Part shown: positions 31,201-40,335 of the stretch, one piece after another | How positions within the stretch are numbered: the first letter of the stretch is position 1 | Layout of the letters: every line of letters begins with the position of its first letter | NCBI GenBank assembly: GCA_965218425.1 | Contig: OZ244621.1 | Span: forward strand, 2,560,001 to 2,624,000 | Length of the DNA: 64,000 nt | Direction: 5' to 3' | DNA from: an uncultured Candidatus Binatia bacterium | Lineage (GTDB): Bacteria > Desulfobacterota > Binatia > UBA9968 > CAXXLF01 | Position numbers and translations under genes: made by a program | Notes under the pieces: generated by a model | The model's input: only the letters and a program-made list of their open reading frames with translations | What the model was told of the DNA's origin: nothing | The model's database searches: none

Positions 31201-31247
31201 ACTTCCGTCTCTAGATGGGATGCCTGAAGATCGAAGCCGACCAGCAT
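28217..31247 (-). pseudogene. Autotransporter-like protein with repeated Cache-like passenger modules; frameshifted and 5' truncated
   Basis: Repeated TLKxFV…PWRHG…YLF…HGAFPDRFE…LPQIID…GGFVxYxFDNP…KVxY. WLARFGR linker, then a beta-barrel ending in W. Extra base near 31015. Confidence 0.75.
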
Positions 31248-31300
31248 GACGGTTGGAGCTCGAGTAACGGAGGAGATGAATCCGACGGCGTAGCCGTCGC

Positions 31301-31539
31301 ATGATCAAATCCTCATTACTAGATTTGACAATAGCTATCGTCATTTACCGCAACGCCCTTCGCTTGGGCGAGGCAGTCCTACAGCGAAAACGCGCCGGTT
31401 TGTCGGTCGAGCCCGGGCTCCTGGCACACATCTCACCCCTCGGATGGGCTCATATCCCGCTCACCGGCGAGTACCGATGGCCGAGAATACGCTGGCCGGC
31501 CCTTAGCGTAGAATTTCGCCCCCTGCCGGACTCGACCCC
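31301..31539 (+). mobile_element. Tn3-family transposase C-terminal remnant with 38-bp inverted repeat
   Basis: LLAHISPLGWAHIPLTGEYRW. IR cttagcg…gacccc at 31502-31539. Confidence 0.88.
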
Positions 31540-31910
31540 ATGACGCTCGAACGTACACGCTGGGACATCGTGGGTCTTGCGCTGGCCGCCGGCTACATCG
31601 TGGGTCTTCAGGTCGGAAAAGTACCCCCGGCGCTGCCCATCCTGCAGGACGAACTGGGCATGACCCGCGTTGCCGCCGGCCTGGTCGCTTCCTCCTTTTA
31701 CGGCATCGGTGCCGTTCTCGGTGTCCCCGGAGGACTGCTCGCCGACCGGCTGGGTCCGATGCGCCTGGTCATTGCCGGCGGCCTGGTGATGGCGATTGCG
31801 GGCCTGGCGGGCGGCTTCGCCGCAAACGGCGCGCTTCTGCTCGCAACCCGCCTCGTGGAAGGGTTTGGTTTCCTCGCGCTCACGGTCGCCTCGCCCAAGC
31901 TCATCGGCGC
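31540..31910 (+). pseudogene. MFS transporter, N-terminal fragment
   Basis: GKVPPALP, GLLADRLG, RLVEGFG; homology ends after about 4 TM helices. Confidence 0.75.
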
Positions 31911-32099
31911 CTCACGTAAAGCGCAAGGGCCCCTTCATGACCCTGCGGACATCCATCATGGCTGGGAATGGTCGGCGGGCCTTCGAAATGAAAATAAATG
32001 CCGGACCTGGCCGTTTTTTGAAAGTTGCAACACATCCTTATGACCTCATCGAATGATTGGGGTCTTGACGAGGAACAGAATGTGTCCTATATATGAAAC

Positions 32100-32453
32100 A
32101 TGACAAATTTTGGCGACACCACCCGGAAGATCCGTGAGCGCCTGCGCAAGGAAGATCGGAGCTTTTCGTTGCGCAAGGTCGCCCAACGCATCGGGGTAGA
32201 GCCGGCCTATTTGAGCAAGATCGAGCGGGGCGACGTGGCGCCGCCTTCGGAAGCTACGACGGTCCGGCTGGCAAAAGAACTGGCTGAGGACCCGGACGTA
32301 TTCCTGGCCATGGCGGGGAAGGTCTCCGGCGATCTGCAGGAGATCATCCGCAAGCGACCCAGACTGTTCGCGGAGTTGATCAGACAACTGAAGGAAGCAC
32401 CTGATGACGCCATTCTCCGAGTGGTGCGAGAGGTGCGAGACGGAGATTGGTAA
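32100..32453 (+). CDS. XRE-family HTH regulator
   Basis: SLRKVAQRIGVEPAYLSKIERG. Confidence 0.9.
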   Translation: MTNFGDTTRKIRERLRKEDRSFSLRKVAQRIGVEPAYLSKIERGDVAPPSEATTVRLAKELAEDPDVFLAMAGKVSGDLQEIIRKRPRLFAELIRQLKEAPDDAILRVVREVRDGDW

Positions 32454-32467
32454 GGAGGACCCCATCA

Positions 32468-33478
32468 ATGATCACGCTTGAAAAAAACCGATTGGAATTC
32501 CGGTTCCCGGAAGTCCATGAAAAGGCGCGCTGCTCGATCGAATTCCAGCGCACCCTTCGCATTCCGGACGATGGCCAGGATTACCCGCTGCCGGCGGGCC
32601 TGGGTCGTTTCCCGTTGCGGCATTTGGACGACTACGCGCCTCGGCTATCCGAAGAATGGCTTCGCCGCGGCGGTGTCGTCATGCCTATGCATCAGGCCGA
32701 GGCAATGTGGATCAACTTCGAGTCCGGCTCCGGCTATCCGTTTGCGGTGAAAGTCGCCACCGGCAAGATCAGTGCGATCACAGGTGAGCCCTGGGTCGAT
32801 CACCTGAACACAGACCCGCAAGATTATGTCGCGCTGCCCGAACAGCCATGGCTCGACGGATACTGTGTCGAACAAGGGTCGGTCCGGCAGTTCGTCGCCA
32901 TGCCGCTGGGGGAGGGTTATACGGTCGAGGAGCAGCTTGCTGGCGCCGGAAAGCACGGCGGATTGCAAATTGTTGCATACCCCATGAAGGTGGAGCGGTA
33001 CGAGAAACTGACCGCGGATCAACCACAAATTCTATATTCTTGCCCTCCCGATCTAGTCAGTGAAAGCATGGGCATGGGGTTGGCGCCTGGGGGACGGATG
33101 AAGCAGGAAATCTATGATGATAGCCATGGGCTGGACGCTTGGGATCAGAGGCACGCCGGCCGGTGCTTTGTCTCCATCGTTAATTCGATGCAGTGGTCGG
33201 CGGTTACCGGTGAGATGCCGCCGAGCGATCCGCCGACGGCAAAACAGTATGCCGAAGCCGGTCTTCCCTGGTTTGACTATTACGGTGGCGATGTCCAAGC
33301 GGTCGCCGGCGCCCAAAGACTAAGGGCGCTCAGGAGCGTAGCGCAAATCGGCATTGAGAAAGACGAAATGCCGCTGCCGGGAAACGAAACGCTCAATGTG
33401 ACCCACGTCATCGGGCTGAGGAAGAAGGGCGTGCGCCAAGTGCGGGAGAGTTCCGCGGGCGAGGTCATGGAATCATGA
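32468..33478 (+). CDS. Conserved hypothetical protein
   Basis: FQRTLRIPDD…LPAGLGRFPL, QPWLDG, RQFVAMPLG, GLAPGGRMKQ. RBS aggagg. Confidence 0.8.
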   Translation: MITLEKNRLEFRFPEVHEKARCSIEFQRTLRIPDDGQDYPLPAGLGRFPLRHLDDYAPRLSEEWLRRGGVVMPMHQAEAMWINFESGSGYPFAVKVATGKISAITGEPWVDHLNTDPQDYVALPEQPWLDGYCVEQGSVRQFVAMPLGEGYTVEEQLAGAGKHGGLQIVAYPMKVERYEKLTADQPQILYSCPPDLVSESMGMGLAPGGRMKQEIYDDSHGLDAWDQRHAGRCFVSIVNSMQWSAVTGEMPPSDPPTAKQYAEAGLPWFDYYGGDVQAVAGAQRLRALRSVAQIGIEKDEMPLPGNETLNVTHVIGLRKKGVRQVRESSAGEVMES

Positions 33479-34217
33479 ATTCACTCCCGGGTCGCGGTGA
33501 AGGACAGGGTAGCAGTGTCAAGATGGACTTTACCCCCCATATGAAACCGTTCCTGCAATTTCCGCGTCGATTGGTCGTCTGTCCAACCAACCCGAGGGTA
33601 GAATGAACTGGGGTGAGTGGCGACCGTATATCGGTGCGGGACATGCGCAGCCATGTCGGTGCCAAAGTCATGATGGTCGGCGTGTATCGGTGCAACATAC
33701 GCTCGGTCCAAACAAGAACCGAACGCCGGAAGGCGGCGATTGCGCAGAGAGACGCATGCCATGCGCGCGCATGGCACAGCCAGCATCACCGATGCGTGGG
33801 GTGTGAGAACCAACCGCCGAAGGGCGTCCCTATCCCGCTTCCTGACCGCTCAAGCCCTCGTGCGATGAAAGTCGTTGTGCAACCGGCATTTAGCCCGAGC
33901 GGCGCTTGAGCGGCAGCGCCCGCCGCGCACCTGAGTAAACAGTTTCCGAACCATCGCGCGGCTTCCGAGCGTCATTATAGGAAGCACGAGGTAACAAATC
34001 AATGTGTGAAGTTTCGTGCACCGTCGGGATCATTCACTCGGCCCGCACTGTCGGCGGCGGTGCGGTTCACACGTTACCGCCGCGCAGCAGCAACCGCTGC
34101 ACATATTCCCTCAACGCTGAACCGGGCCGTGCCCACGTTACCGTTCCGCAAAGCGGTCGGTGGTCATGAGGCACGACCGACGCTTGCGACGTGTATCGCG
34201 GCGCGCTACGGTGAATC

Positions 34218-34425
34218 ATGAGGATCAGGCACAAGGGACTGCGGGCGCTACACGAGCGGGACGATGCCGTGCGGCTACCCGCTGGTTTGGCGCCACGGTT
34301 CCGGCGCATCCTGTTCCGCTTGCAAGAGGCGGCGCACCCGGGCAGCGCCGATGCGTCTCGGGGAACTGGCGCGTGGTGTTACGCTTCGACGACGGTGTGG
34401 CCGTGGACCTGATCGACCATCACTG
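34218..34425 (+). pseudogene. higB: HigB-like toxin, internally deleted and frameshifted
   Basis: IRHKGL… and VSGNWRVVLRF…DHH lie in different frames. Confidence 0.75.
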
Positions 34426-34445
34426 ACCGGAAGGGAGCGCTGACC

Positions 34446-34763
34446 ATGAACGACATTGCAGGCGATCGCGTCGGCCCGATGCTGAACCCGTCGCACCTAG
34501 GCGAACTGATCCGCGAGAGCATGGACGAGGTGGGCTGGAACGGGACCGAGACAGCGGTGCGCCTGGGCTGTGAGCGCGGGACGCTGTCGCGCCTGCCGAA
34601 CGGCAAGGCGGGGGTGTCCGCGAACATGGCGCTGGCGCTGGAGGACATCGGTTGGAGCACCGCCAATCACTGGATGCGGATGCAGGCGAGCTACCAGCTT
34701 GCGCAGGCCCGCCGGAGCCGAGACGCCGCCAAACAATACCGGGGCGTTGGAACATCCCAATAG
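34446..34763 (+). CDS. higA: HigA-like antitoxin
   Basis: NPSHLGELIRE…VSANMALALE…WMRMQ. Confidence 0.82.
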   Translation: MNDIAGDRVGPMLNPSHLGELIRESMDEVGWNGTETAVRLGCERGTLSRLPNGKAGVSANMALALEDIGWSTANHWMRMQASYQLAQARRSRDAAKQYRGVGTSQ

Positions 34764-34775
34764 GAAGCAATCGCT

Positions 34776-35144
34776 ATGCATGCTTTGGTTCGCCTGATAG
34801 CTGCGGCCGTGTTTTTCGCGGCAGCTTCGTCAGCGTTCGCTCAGACGTGCGAGATCACCGGCAATGTTCCAGCCTCGATCCGGGGCGTGATCTGCGGTGT
34901 TGCCACATCCGTCCATGGGGGCGATGCCCCGGTCAACCAGTTGACGATCATTGTCACTCGCGCAGTGGCGTTGGCGCTTAGTGCTAAGACGCCAGACGCC
35001 GAGGACTTCATGCTCACGTTGCTCAACCGGTGGATGACCGACCGCGGCGTGAGGGTCGCGCGAGTCGAGGCATTCTACGGCCGTGCCCATCTGGCTACGG
35101 CCAAAACACGTGTGTTCGGTGCGCCATGCGTCGAGTACCACTAA
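34776..35144 (+). CDS. Secreted hypothetical protein
   Basis: Signal peptide ending AFA. Confidence 0.6.
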   Translation: MHALVRLIAAAVFFAAASSAFAQTCEITGNVPASIRGVICGVATSVHGGDAPVNQLTIIVTRAVALALSAKTPDAEDFMLTLLNRWMTDRGVRVARVEAFYGRAHLATAKTRVFGAPCVEYH

Positions 35145-35255
35145 CCAATCGGCAAGCCGGGAGCGGCTTGATCATGAACTCTCTAGGCTTAGTTCTCGCT
35201 AGCATGCACGGGTGCGCCGGACACGGGTGACAAACAGGACACGCGTAGCAGCGTT

Positions 35256-36005
35256 TCAGCGCGGCTCCGCGGTTCGGATGTATCCGAGTTCGTCGTAGAA
35301 GGCGAGCTTCCCGTCGTTCGTAATTGCCACTCGGTTGTTCGGACCCCACGACGAGCCTTCGACACCGCGGAATCTCCGCAACTCGCCAGCCTTCGCGCGT
35401 ATCTCGACAAGTTCGATTTCTCGGCTCGATCCGTCCTTGAATTCACTGGCGTAAAGGGGCTTCCCGGCCACGGTCTGGATCGTGACGTTCTCCCAGAGGG
35501 TCCGAGTGAAGTGCACCACCCACCGTCCAATTACGCGGTTAGGTTCGTCGTTCTCTGCGTCGATTGGGACTTCGGCAGGTTTCGGGTTCAGTACTGCCTC
35601 GACACTCGCCTCCCACATCTTGGCTGCGCCCTGGTTGCCGCGACCTTGGTAGTACTCCCTCCCGAGGGAAATCAGTTCTCCAGGAAGGATCCCAAACGAC
35701 CGGAGAAATTCGTCGGCGTCGTTGCCTCGCAGCGCTTCAACCTTCTTCATCCATTGGTGGTATTTGCAGCACCGACCGTACCCGACCCTGCGGAACTTGT
35801 CTTCGTTCTTGAAGGCCTGAAATTCCGCGTACAATTTGCGGATCTCATTGACGGCACTCGACGCTTCGGTGTCGGTTCCAGTATTTGCAAGCATACTTAG
35901 GGCGATGCCGAGGGCGACCACCACCCAAGGCCGGAAGCAACTTACTCGGGACAAGCCACGCTTACGCTTATCGATCTGTGTCACTTGGTACTTGGCCATA
36001 GGCAC
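35256..36005 (-). CDS. Membrane-anchored hypothetical protein
   Basis: RBS aggagg, one TM segment, 249 aa. Confidence 0.6.
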   Translation of the reverse strand: MPMAKYQVTQIDKRKRGLSRVSCFRPWVVVALGIALSMLANTGTDTEASSAVNEIRKLYAEFQAFKNEDKFRRVGYGRCCKYHQWMKKVEALRGNDADEFLRSFGILPGELISLGREYYQGRGNQGAAKMWEASVEAVLNPKPAEVPIDAENDEPNRVIGRWVVHFTRTLWENVTIQTVAGKPLYASEFKDGSSREIELVEIRAKAGELRRFRGVEGSSWGPNNRVAITNDGKLAFYDELGYIRTAEPR

Positions 36006-36285
36006 CTCCTTCTGTAGGCAGCACGCTCAGCGACAATACAATCTTCTGGCCCGATATGACATCACCTGCGACACTCCACCTCGCCGCCGACCTGGTGCAT
36101 CAGTTCTCGCCGCCCGGTCTGCGCCGCGCGAGGGGCAGCCTGCCTTTGACGGAAGCGGCACCCGGTACTGAACGGCCGCATCCGTGATGGACAGCTGTTC
36201 CGCAGCGTATCCTCGAAACCAGATCATGTGTACCCGCCCGCACGCCGTGGTTCAAACCGATTGAACCCAACGAAGAGTTTGCATC

Positions 36286-37030
36286 CTATGCGTTGGTTAT
36301 CGCCTTGGCGATGAAATTTTCTACCTTCTCCGCTGCCGCGACCAGGTGCCCGTCGGCAAGGTGAGCGTATCCCGCCGTCGTTTGGTGCCGCCGGTGCCCG
36401 AGCAGCTTGCCGACCAGAGGCAGGTTTTCGCCCGACATGACGGCCTGGCTGGCGGCGGTGTGCCGAAGGTCGTGCAGGCGCAGTCTGCCGAGCTTTGCAT
36501 CGGCGCGGACGGAGCGCCAGCAAGCGACGAGGCTGTACTGCCCCCGGCCTTAGGCGTAGCGGGGAAACAGGAACGCATCGGGGTCGCGTGCACTGGGAAG
36601 CGCGTCGATATGCGCCCGCGCGGCTTCACCGAGCGGCACAGCGCGCGGGCCGGTCTTGGAGTTCGGCAGATTGATGGCGTCGCCGCCGATGTCGCGCCTG
36701 CGCAGATTGAGCACTTCGCTGCGGCGGCATCCGGTGAGCGCGAGCAGCCGGAACGCGGCGACGGCCTCGTGCTACCGGGCCTCGCGGGCGTCGAGCGCGC
36801 GCCCGAGCCGGGCTAGCTCGTCAGTATCGAGGAACCGGGCGATGTTGGGCCTTGGGTTCTTCCTGATGCCGACACAGGGGTTGGTGCCGTGCTCGCGGAA
36901 GCCGCATTCCTCTGCCCGGAACATCATCGAGCGCAGTATTTCGAAGGCGCGGTTGGCCGCGCCGGGTTTGTCCCTGCTCGCCGCGTCGAACCACGCTGCC
37001 ACGTCCTCGGGTCCGATGCGGTCGAGCACT
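36286..37030 (-). pseudogene. Tyrosine recombinase/integrase with in-frame stops
   Basis: LTGCRRSE, HDLRHT, LLGH…TTAGY. Internal TAG (36772) and TAA (~36550). Confidence 0.88.
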
Positions 37031-37073
37031 AGAGCCATTATGGCGTTTATATACTTTGCACCACAATGGAATG

Positions 37074-37625
37074 CTAGCTGCGCTGCCGCGCCCTTTTCAG
37101 CGCTTCGGAGAGCTCTTCCGCTTTGGATTCGTTGGTACGGTGACGTGCGCTGGGGTGAACGACACACTCAAAAGGTTCGATACCAGCCTGACGACAAGCG
37201 CGCGCTACGTCCTTGCCGAGCGCAATCACGGTTCGGCCCTCGACTTCGTAGCGCGTGATTGCATTGAAAGATTCGTAAAGGTGCTGCGCCTGAATTCTCT
37301 GAGATCGATTGTCAATTGGAAGCAGGTGAAATGCCTGCGTGACATAGATGTCGCGACGGCACAGCCCGGCCAACTTCAAAGCCCGGCTGACCACTATATT
37401 GAAGGGTATTTCCGGTAGATAGCCCTTTTCCATCAACTCTTTGCGGTTCTCTTCGACCGACCGGGCATCCAGCCAGTGTAGGGCTACCAGCACCGGGCCC
37501 GTCTCGCTGGCGGATGTTATCTGGTAGGGCGTCACCCAATCACCATCAAAACCGACTTCGGCAAGTGTCCTGTATCCGCAAATTCTGAATTCGCGGCGTC
37601 GGGCGATGATGTCGTCTCGTGTCAA
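37074..37625 (-). CDS. UDG-superfamily-like protein
   Basis: DIYVTQAF, VIALG, VVHPSAR motifs. Confidence 0.6.
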   Translation of the reverse strand: MTRDDIIARRREFRICGYRTLAEVGFDGDWVTPYQITSASETGPVLVALHWLDARSVEENRKELMEKGYLPEIPFNIVVSRALKLAGLCRRDIYVTQAFHLLPIDNRSQRIQAQHLYESFNAITRYEVEGRTVIALGKDVARACRQAGIEPFECVVHPSARHRTNESKAEELSEALKRARQRS

Positions 37626-37867
37626 TTGATTCTCTTGCCGAGTCGCCGATACCGCGCGACCTAGCTGTCGTCGTCTTCTGCCTGCTCGCGCTTCACCGCT
37701 CGGCCTTCGGCCACCTTGACCGTCTCCGCCTTAACTAACCTGACGACGACGCGGGCAAACTGTTGAAATAACGGAAGGGATTTTGCATTCTTAAAGGCTA
37801 ACGGATCTCGCTATGTGACTCAAGCCGATTTACTCTGACAATGCCAAAGAGAATGTTACTCCAACCG

Positions 37868-38287
37868 CTATTTTTGACCCCTATTTTTTGATGATCCAAT
37901 TACGTCGAGCCGCTCGAGCAATCGACGAATATGACCTTCCGTGATCATTGCGTCCAAATGACCGTCACAGAAACGCTCTCCCCGCACACAGTAAGTCAAC
38001 ATTGTTTTGACCTGGGATAATGTGGGGGTCTTAATGGCCCCCTCGTTCTCAAGCATCAGGCCCGCTTCGTTAGGATCATAGTCATGATCGCACCACCATT
38101 CACTGGAGGCGGCCTCGAAAAATTTCTCGACGAGCTCATCGTATTTGGGCCAAGGGAGACAGAGTCCCCCGTCCTTGTTATGGGTGCGCCACTGTTTGAT
38201 TGGCGTGAACCCTTCCGCATAGAGTTGTGGCAGAAAGGCGACTAGTTCTCTGATTTGCCGTAACGTAAGCCGTCGTGTTTTCGTCAT
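37868..38287 (-). CDS. Conserved hypothetical protein (DUF6508-like)
   Basis: LTYCVRGERFCDG…LLERL. Confidence 0.7.
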   Translation of the reverse strand: MTKTRRLTLRQIRELVAFLPQLYAEGFTPIKQWRTHNKDGGLCLPWPKYDELVEKFFEAASSEWWCDHDYDPNEAGLMLENEGAIKTPTLSQVKTMLTYCVRGERFCDGHLDAMITEGHIRRLLERLDVIGSSKNRGQK

Positions 38288-38320
38288 GGTTGAACCATTG
38301 CTCTGGAGGCGGTGCGATGA

Positions 38321-38778
38321 AACCGGAACCATGCTTGCCTTCTTGCTATTCTGGGTTTCCTTCCATTTCGGAATCCAGCTTGTATTGTACCAGTTCTCTT
38401 TTGCATTGTCCCGTCCATTTGGATTCGATCTTCTAGTTGCCGCAACCCGCGGCTCACCAATCCGGCATTACGGCTTAAATATCGGGCAACCTCCGTGAGT
38501 CGGTATCCGGCTTCTTCAACCCCTATCTTCCCTATAATCCAGCTTATCTGACTTGTCCCTATACACGTAAGCGTAGAGTTCGCAGCCGAATCGGGTCGGT
38601 GGCCCTTGAAGAATCGTAAGGTGATGTTCCCGGTCATCGTCATCGCGGAAGATGAGCCGGCCTTGGTTGCAGCGACTAATCTGCCTTGTCGGCAGACAGG
38701 TGGCGGGATACAGGGCGCCCGGAAAATGGACGCGGGGTATTCTTGCCACGAGGTGTCTGTGTCATTGAGTACTTCAAA
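38321..38778 (-). pseudogene. Internally deleted RAYT copy
   Basis: Both ends and the upstream flank match 23264-24270. The catalytic centre is missing. Confidence 0.9.
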
Positions 38779-38789
38779 TGTTTTGCGGA

Positions 38790-39176
38790 TTACCAGAGGC
38801 GGCGAACGCCGTACCGGTCGAAGAGCTCTTCAATCGAGATGAGAACAAGGCTGCGCGCAAGCGCCTGCGCGATGAGCACTCTATCGAACGGATCGCGGTG
38901 GGGACCTGGCAGCCCGCCGGCGCGCCCGGCGTCGTCTACAGTGATAGCCAGCTCTTCAAAGCCTTGGCCGACAATGGCCCCGGCAACGTCCGGCGCGACC
39001 GCCTCAGCGCCTCGAAGCTTGCGGAGACGATGCTTGGTGGCGATCTCCCAGGCCGAGGCCGCGCTGACCAGTACGTCGTTCGCTTCATCTGCGATCACCT
39101 GGCGGGCCTGCTGCGACAGCCGTTCGCTTCCGGCGAGCCACCACAGAAACGCGTGGGTGTCGAGCAGGAGGCGCAA
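38790..39176 (-). CDS. vapC: VapC PIN toxin
   Basis: LLLDTHAFLWW, SAASAWEI, HRDPFDR. Confidence 0.92.
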   Translation of the reverse strand: MRLLLDTHAFLWWLAGSERLSQQARQVIADEANDVLVSAASAWEIATKHRLRKLRGAEAVAPDVAGAIVGQGFEELAITVDDAGRAGGLPGPHRDPFDRVLIAQALARSLVLISIEELFDRYGVRRLW

Positions 39177-39179
39177 TGC

Positions 39180-39410
39180 TCACGCCTCCCAGGCGGACAG
39201 CTCCGTATCCGGGAGCGGTTCGAAAAAGCCGTCGTCGATCGTGATCCGCCCCGCAAGTGCGCCGAATTCCCGCTTGCCCCGGCGCCGACAACCGACGAGC
39301 CGCGCAACCGGCTTGCCGTTGCGGGCAATGACGACCTCCTCGCCGCCCTCGACTTGCGCGAGCAGACGCGATAACTGGGTCTTTGCTTGATGGACATTTA
39401 CCACTGGCAT
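39180..39410 (-). CDS. Phd/YefM-family antitoxin
   Basis: VNVHQAKTQLSRLL…GEEVVIARNGKPVARL. Confidence 0.92.
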   Translation of the reverse strand: MPVVNVHQAKTQLSRLLAQVEGGEEVVIARNGKPVARLVGCRRRGKREFGALAGRITIDDGFFEPLPDTELSAWEA

Positions 39411-39689
39411 CGCTGGCTCCTTGATACAGGATTAGCTAACTATATAGCTAACATTGATATTGTGTCAAGCGGCTAACCCCGGCCGCGGTCGACACATCCC
39501 CAGCGTTGAACCACGGGAGCCGGCGTGACCGGTCTCAAGATTACCGAGGCGGCCTCGGCTCGGTTCCCTTATGGTGGCGCACGTAGACGAAGTGGGCTGA
39601 TCGATTTCGAGACGCCGGGGCGGGATCAGGTAACATGAAAAAGGAGGCAAGCTCCGGTAGGATGGTGGTTGTAGCGGCCATGCTTGAGT

Positions 39690-39830
39690 GCAGCAGTGCA
39701 TGGGCATTCCGCTTTGCAAGGGGTTGTTCCTCCAATTTCGTGTGCTTCCCACCCCACTGGTGCCTTGAAGGTCTGATTGTCCATCATGGCGCGGCGGTAG
39801 CACTCCATCATGGCGTTATGTGCTGACCAA
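39690..39830 (-). pseudogene. Degenerate copy of the 24481-25152 gene
   Basis: HNAMMECYRRAM. atcatggcgcggcggtagcactccatc is identical in both places. Confidence 0.75.
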
Positions 39831-40289
39831 CTATGCAGGTGTGCTCCCTCGGATCAATCGCGATGCGTCATATTCCATGACCGTTTCCCCATGCTGGTTT
39901 CGAACCCGCTGACGATAGCGCACGATACCTCCGCCACGGGAGGGAACCGGTTTCGTCTCAAGGACCTCAATCTCAACCTGGAGGGTGTCGTTTACCTTCA
40001 CGGGACCCAACAGCCGCATTTGGGTTAATCCAACGAAGGCCATCCCGGTCTTGTGGAGGATTCCCGTTTGCACGGTTAATCCCTCGGCCATTCCAAAGGT
40101 CAGACTCCCTGGAGCAATTCGTTCCCCAAATAGGCTCTCCTTCCGGATGTAGTCCAGGTCCAGGAAAAGTGGCTCATTGAGACCCACCAGCGCGACGAAT
40201 TGCAATATGTCATGCTCTGTAACCGTGCGACGTCCGGTCACGAAGCGGTCGCCGGAGTGAAATTCTTCAAATATTTTACCTATGGTCAT
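39831..40289 (-). CDS. MaoC-family dehydratase
   Basis: RTVTEHDI…NEPLFLD…FGERIAPG. Confidence 0.88.
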   Translation of the reverse strand: MTIGKIFEEFHSGDRFVTGRRTVTEHDILQFVALVGLNEPLFLDLDYIRKESLFGERIAPGSLTFGMAEGLTVQTGILHKTGMAFVGLTQMRLLGPVKVNDTLQVEIEVLETKPVPSRGGGIVRYRQRVRNQHGETVMEYDASRLIRGSTPA

Positions 40290-40335
40290 GGTTTGTCCTT
40301 GATCATCGTCTTTTAATTTGGATCGGGAACGGCAA

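Noticed and set aside
5965..36790. TAG recoding (pyrrolysine or code 15) suggested by in-frame TAGs at 6190, 15969, 22029 and 36772
   Set aside because: TAG is a true stop for intact genes here (helicase, aapJ, higB). The affected regions also carry frameshifts or TAA stops, so nonsense decay is simpler.
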